Below are positions 61,001-64,000 of a stretch of DNA of 64,000 bases, piece after piece. The stretch is from Styela clava (Eukaryota). Position numbers and translations under genes: made by a program. The notes under the pieces are model-generated. The model was not told the DNA's origin, made no database searches, and worked only from the letters and a program-made list of their open reading frames with translations. Location of the stretch: positions 7,192,001 to 7,256,000 of the forward strand of contig NC_135262.1 of NCBI RefSeq assembly GCF_964204865.1, in the 5' to 3' direction. The stretch's first letter is position 1. The number at the start of each line of letters is the position of its first letter.

Positions 61001-62187
61001 TAATGTTAATGACAATGGTTGTTTCCCAAAAATTTCTGGTTTCGAGTTTTGAGAATTGTGTCATCGCACTTTTGATGAGCTCGAGTACGGGATGTTTTTT
61101 ACACATTGACATCACCCGTAGCTGCAAAATCAAACCAAGTCACTGTCTATATATATACATGGAAGCCCCAATAGCTGCCTGCAGAGGATTTTTTCATATT
61201 CTAATTTGGACCCTGTATCCACCCCAACTTAACATTCCCTATGTGTCAATATTTTTGTACATTGCTCGGTTTTTATTTATGTCATACCATTTACATATGG
61301 AAATCTTCATATAAATTATCCCAAATGCATAAACCGAAATCCAACATAGTGTTGGAGTAATTGTATTTAATTTGATATATTCCAATATTTATTTGAAAAA
61401 TATATCGGCCTGTTGAAAATATTAGTTTGTGGCTTGCCTTGTGTAATCATATAAAGGGTGTGACGGTAGCCATAGGAGCATATTTTTGAGATGTCGTTAG
61501 TCTAAAAACGAAAACAATATAACATTAAAGGAGTGGTGTTTTAGTTTTGTAAACATACATTTCATTGTTATTCTGTATAAATACTTACATAAGTCTTCAT
61601 TAGAAATTATTTGTGGGTTTAATGAAATTTTAGATTGTTTATTTTGTCAGGTAGAAACTAGAAATTATGCTAGAATGGAAGATATGCGTATGGTTATACA
61701 TTAGTTTTTCGAGCATATCAACGCCAGAGAATGGGTCGGTAACTGACGATTGCGTTGGTATAAATGCCAAAAAATTCACTCTATCGCTTAGGAAAGATAT
61801 TGTACTAACATGTCCAAGCCCGCGGAATCGAGAGTCGGAGGCATGCATACGCCAATATTTCTGTCATCAAAATTTGACTTTCTCGTGAGCTCGGTGACAA
61901 AAATTTTGCAACTCGTGAAAATCATTTACATAAGGCTGTTAGCCTGCATTTTAATTGAAAATTTGAAAAAAAACGCACGTTGATAACTGTCCTATTTTAG
62001 TCAAATATCCTCAATTCTTCTATTTGACAACAAATTAAATAAAATAAAAACATCATATAGCCACAACACTAGTTTTTTCGTAGAATATTATTATAAAACA
62101 TTCTTTTAATATCGATTGTGCGAAACAATTTGTATGCATATGAGAACAGCATTTTTTAGTAGCAAATCATGTCTGTCGTATCTTTCA

Positions 62188-63783
62188 CTTATGTTTTACA
62201 CAACAATGTACACACGAGAGCAGTATTCAAATATATATATGAAAATAAGTGCCACGCATCGGTAACCTTGGACTTTAGCTGGGTATCGAGTTTGCTGAAA
62301 GATCCACGTACAACTGTGCCGGAATAAAGTGTTCCCATATCGTATGTCATTGAAATGATTTCCCGTGAATTGAACTGAAACAGCAAATTTTTGGATAAAA
62401 TATCCCAATCGGTCTCAAAAAAAACAACAGAAGTAATAGCCACCTAGCGACTTTTTATCTTTTAGTGCTGAAAATTGAAGAAGATCTTACCGACACTCTG
62501 TGGCACAAAACGCACTGCGCTTTATCCTTCTCGCCCATGTATATCGCATTGAACCTTAGTGCCGAAAATTGAGGAAGATCTTACCGGCACCATGTGGCAA
62601 AAAACGCACTGCGCTTTATCTTCCACGCCCGAGTATATCGCATTGAACCAAATTGTATATACTTTCGCCATATATATCTGAAGTTCTTATTGAGACGGAT
62701 CATATTATTGAAATATTCATATACAACTGAAATGTGAATTTAATAAAGGTTTCGAACTTAAAGCCGGTTTCCCGTGATAGTGGAGAACGGCGCAGTAGCT
62801 TTAGCATACCTATGTAACAAACGAGAAAGGGGAGGTGAAAAGGTAAAAAAAACATAACCGCTGCATATTTACACGCTATTAACGTAACAGAGACCTAGGC
62901 AAAAATTGCATTACATATGTTAGGCATGCAAAGAAACCCGTGTATATTCGCGTGAGATTGCCACGTGTGAAGGGGTGCTAGTAGTCCCACGAAAGTCGCA
63001 GTGTGTTCAAAGAGTAAGTATTACAAAAGTTATCAAGCTATGATCATTATACCAGATTAGTTTTGAGGGTCGCATGAAAGTACTTCGCGGATCACACTTT
63101 GGGATCCACTTGTGTTTTACTCATGTTTTCCACAACAATGTACACACGAGAGCAGTGTATATATATGCAAATATATAGACACGAATGCCACGCATCGGTA
63201 ACGTTGTGACCTTAGCTGGGCATCGAGTTTGCTGAAAGATCGGCGGACAACTGCACCGGAATATAGTGTTCCAATACGTCATAAAAAACAAATTCCCGTG
63301 AACTGGAATAAAACAGCAAATTTTTTGATGAAACATCCCCATGGGCCCTAGAAAAAATGGAAAAACCAAAGTAATAGCCTATAACGACTATTTATCTTTA
63401 AGTGCTGAAACTTGAAGAATAACTTACCGGCATTCTATAGTTCTGTATGACACAAAACGCACTGCGCTTTATCTTCCTCGCCCGCGTATATCACATTAAA
63501 CCGAATTGTATCTACGGTCATCATATATATCTGAATTTATTATTGAAATGAATCATATCATTGAAATATTCATATACAAATAAGACGTAACTTAATATAG
63601 GTTTTGAACTTCAAATAAAGCCGGTTTCCTGTGACAGTGTGGAACGGCACAGTACTTATGCAACAAACGAGAAATGGGAGGTGAAAAGTTGAGAACATAA
63701 CCGCTGCAGATTTACATGCTAGTAATGCAACAAAGACCTATGCAAAATTTCATAACATTTGTTAGGCATGCAAAGAAACCCGT
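62188..63783. repeat. Direct duplication of about 0.7 kb (62188-62941 and 63121-63783); copy 1 has an internal duplication of about 94 bp (62463-62650)
   Basis: Colinear from ATGTTTT.CACAACAATGTACACACGAGAGCAGT to GTTAGGCATGCAAAGAAACCCGT, with scattered substitutions and indels. Confidence 0.9.
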
Positions 63784-64000
63784 TGGTCTGAGCCATCCAC
63801 TATTGTTGCTGCCTCAAGATTTTCTGTAGGTCTACTATAACAGTTATAGAAATTTGCATATATATATATCTAGAATACCGCCCGCCTCTAAATTTCTGCG
63901 CTTAGAACATACGAAGCCCCGGGGTCCCTTGCAACTCATCTGTATATCTCTATATTCCAAGTGCAAGCTGGCGACCATACCTCAAATATACCTACCGGTA

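Noticed and set aside
62189-63369. Paired small ORFs in the duplicated block as a gene family
   Set aside because: Frames are not conserved between copies (indels, stops); only the last few codons coincide.
1-64000. CRISPR arrays, prokaryotic systems, rRNA, true telomeric arrays, and the remaining 60-130 aa ORFs
   Set aside because: There is no repeat-spacer array and no rRNA similarity; TTAGGG occurs only as dimers within MITEs. The short ORFs are antisense shadows, repeat-derived or chance frames without recognisable motifs.

Overview
AT-rich animal genomic DNA with GT-AG introns. It is not prokaryotic, and the gene content and compact introns suggest an invertebrate deuterostome such as an ascidian (inference). 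Left to right: the last five coding exons of proteasome lid subunit PSMD11/Rpn6 (+); a complete 8-exon SPAG1 gene (-, 1097 aa) convergent with it; two tandem intronless paralogous single-pass membrane proteins (-) built from a signal peptide, an ADGRD1/GPR133-type pentraxin/LamG domain, a Ser/Thr stalk, a TM helix and a tail with a conserved twin-Tyr motif; and a SOCS2/CISH-type gene (-). The SOCS core (SH2 + SOCS box, 24272-32272) can splice in frame to a large upstream exon (44583-45753) and to two alternative first coding exons, giving an unusually long protein of about 830 aa. Its last intron is densely packed with STAT (GAS) sites, and the protein has a CxxC...CxxH insert. I found no further gene upstream of about 50.8 kb. 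The window also holds tRNA-derived SINEs, hAT-type and Merlin-like MITEs, a HINE/DINE-like element, a probable solo LTR and local tandem duplications. The best candidate for an undescribed system is the orphan pentraxin-mucin receptor pair next to a STAT-feedback SOCS gene; that link is a hypothesis. All exon models were read by eye from splice signals, phase and recalled homology.
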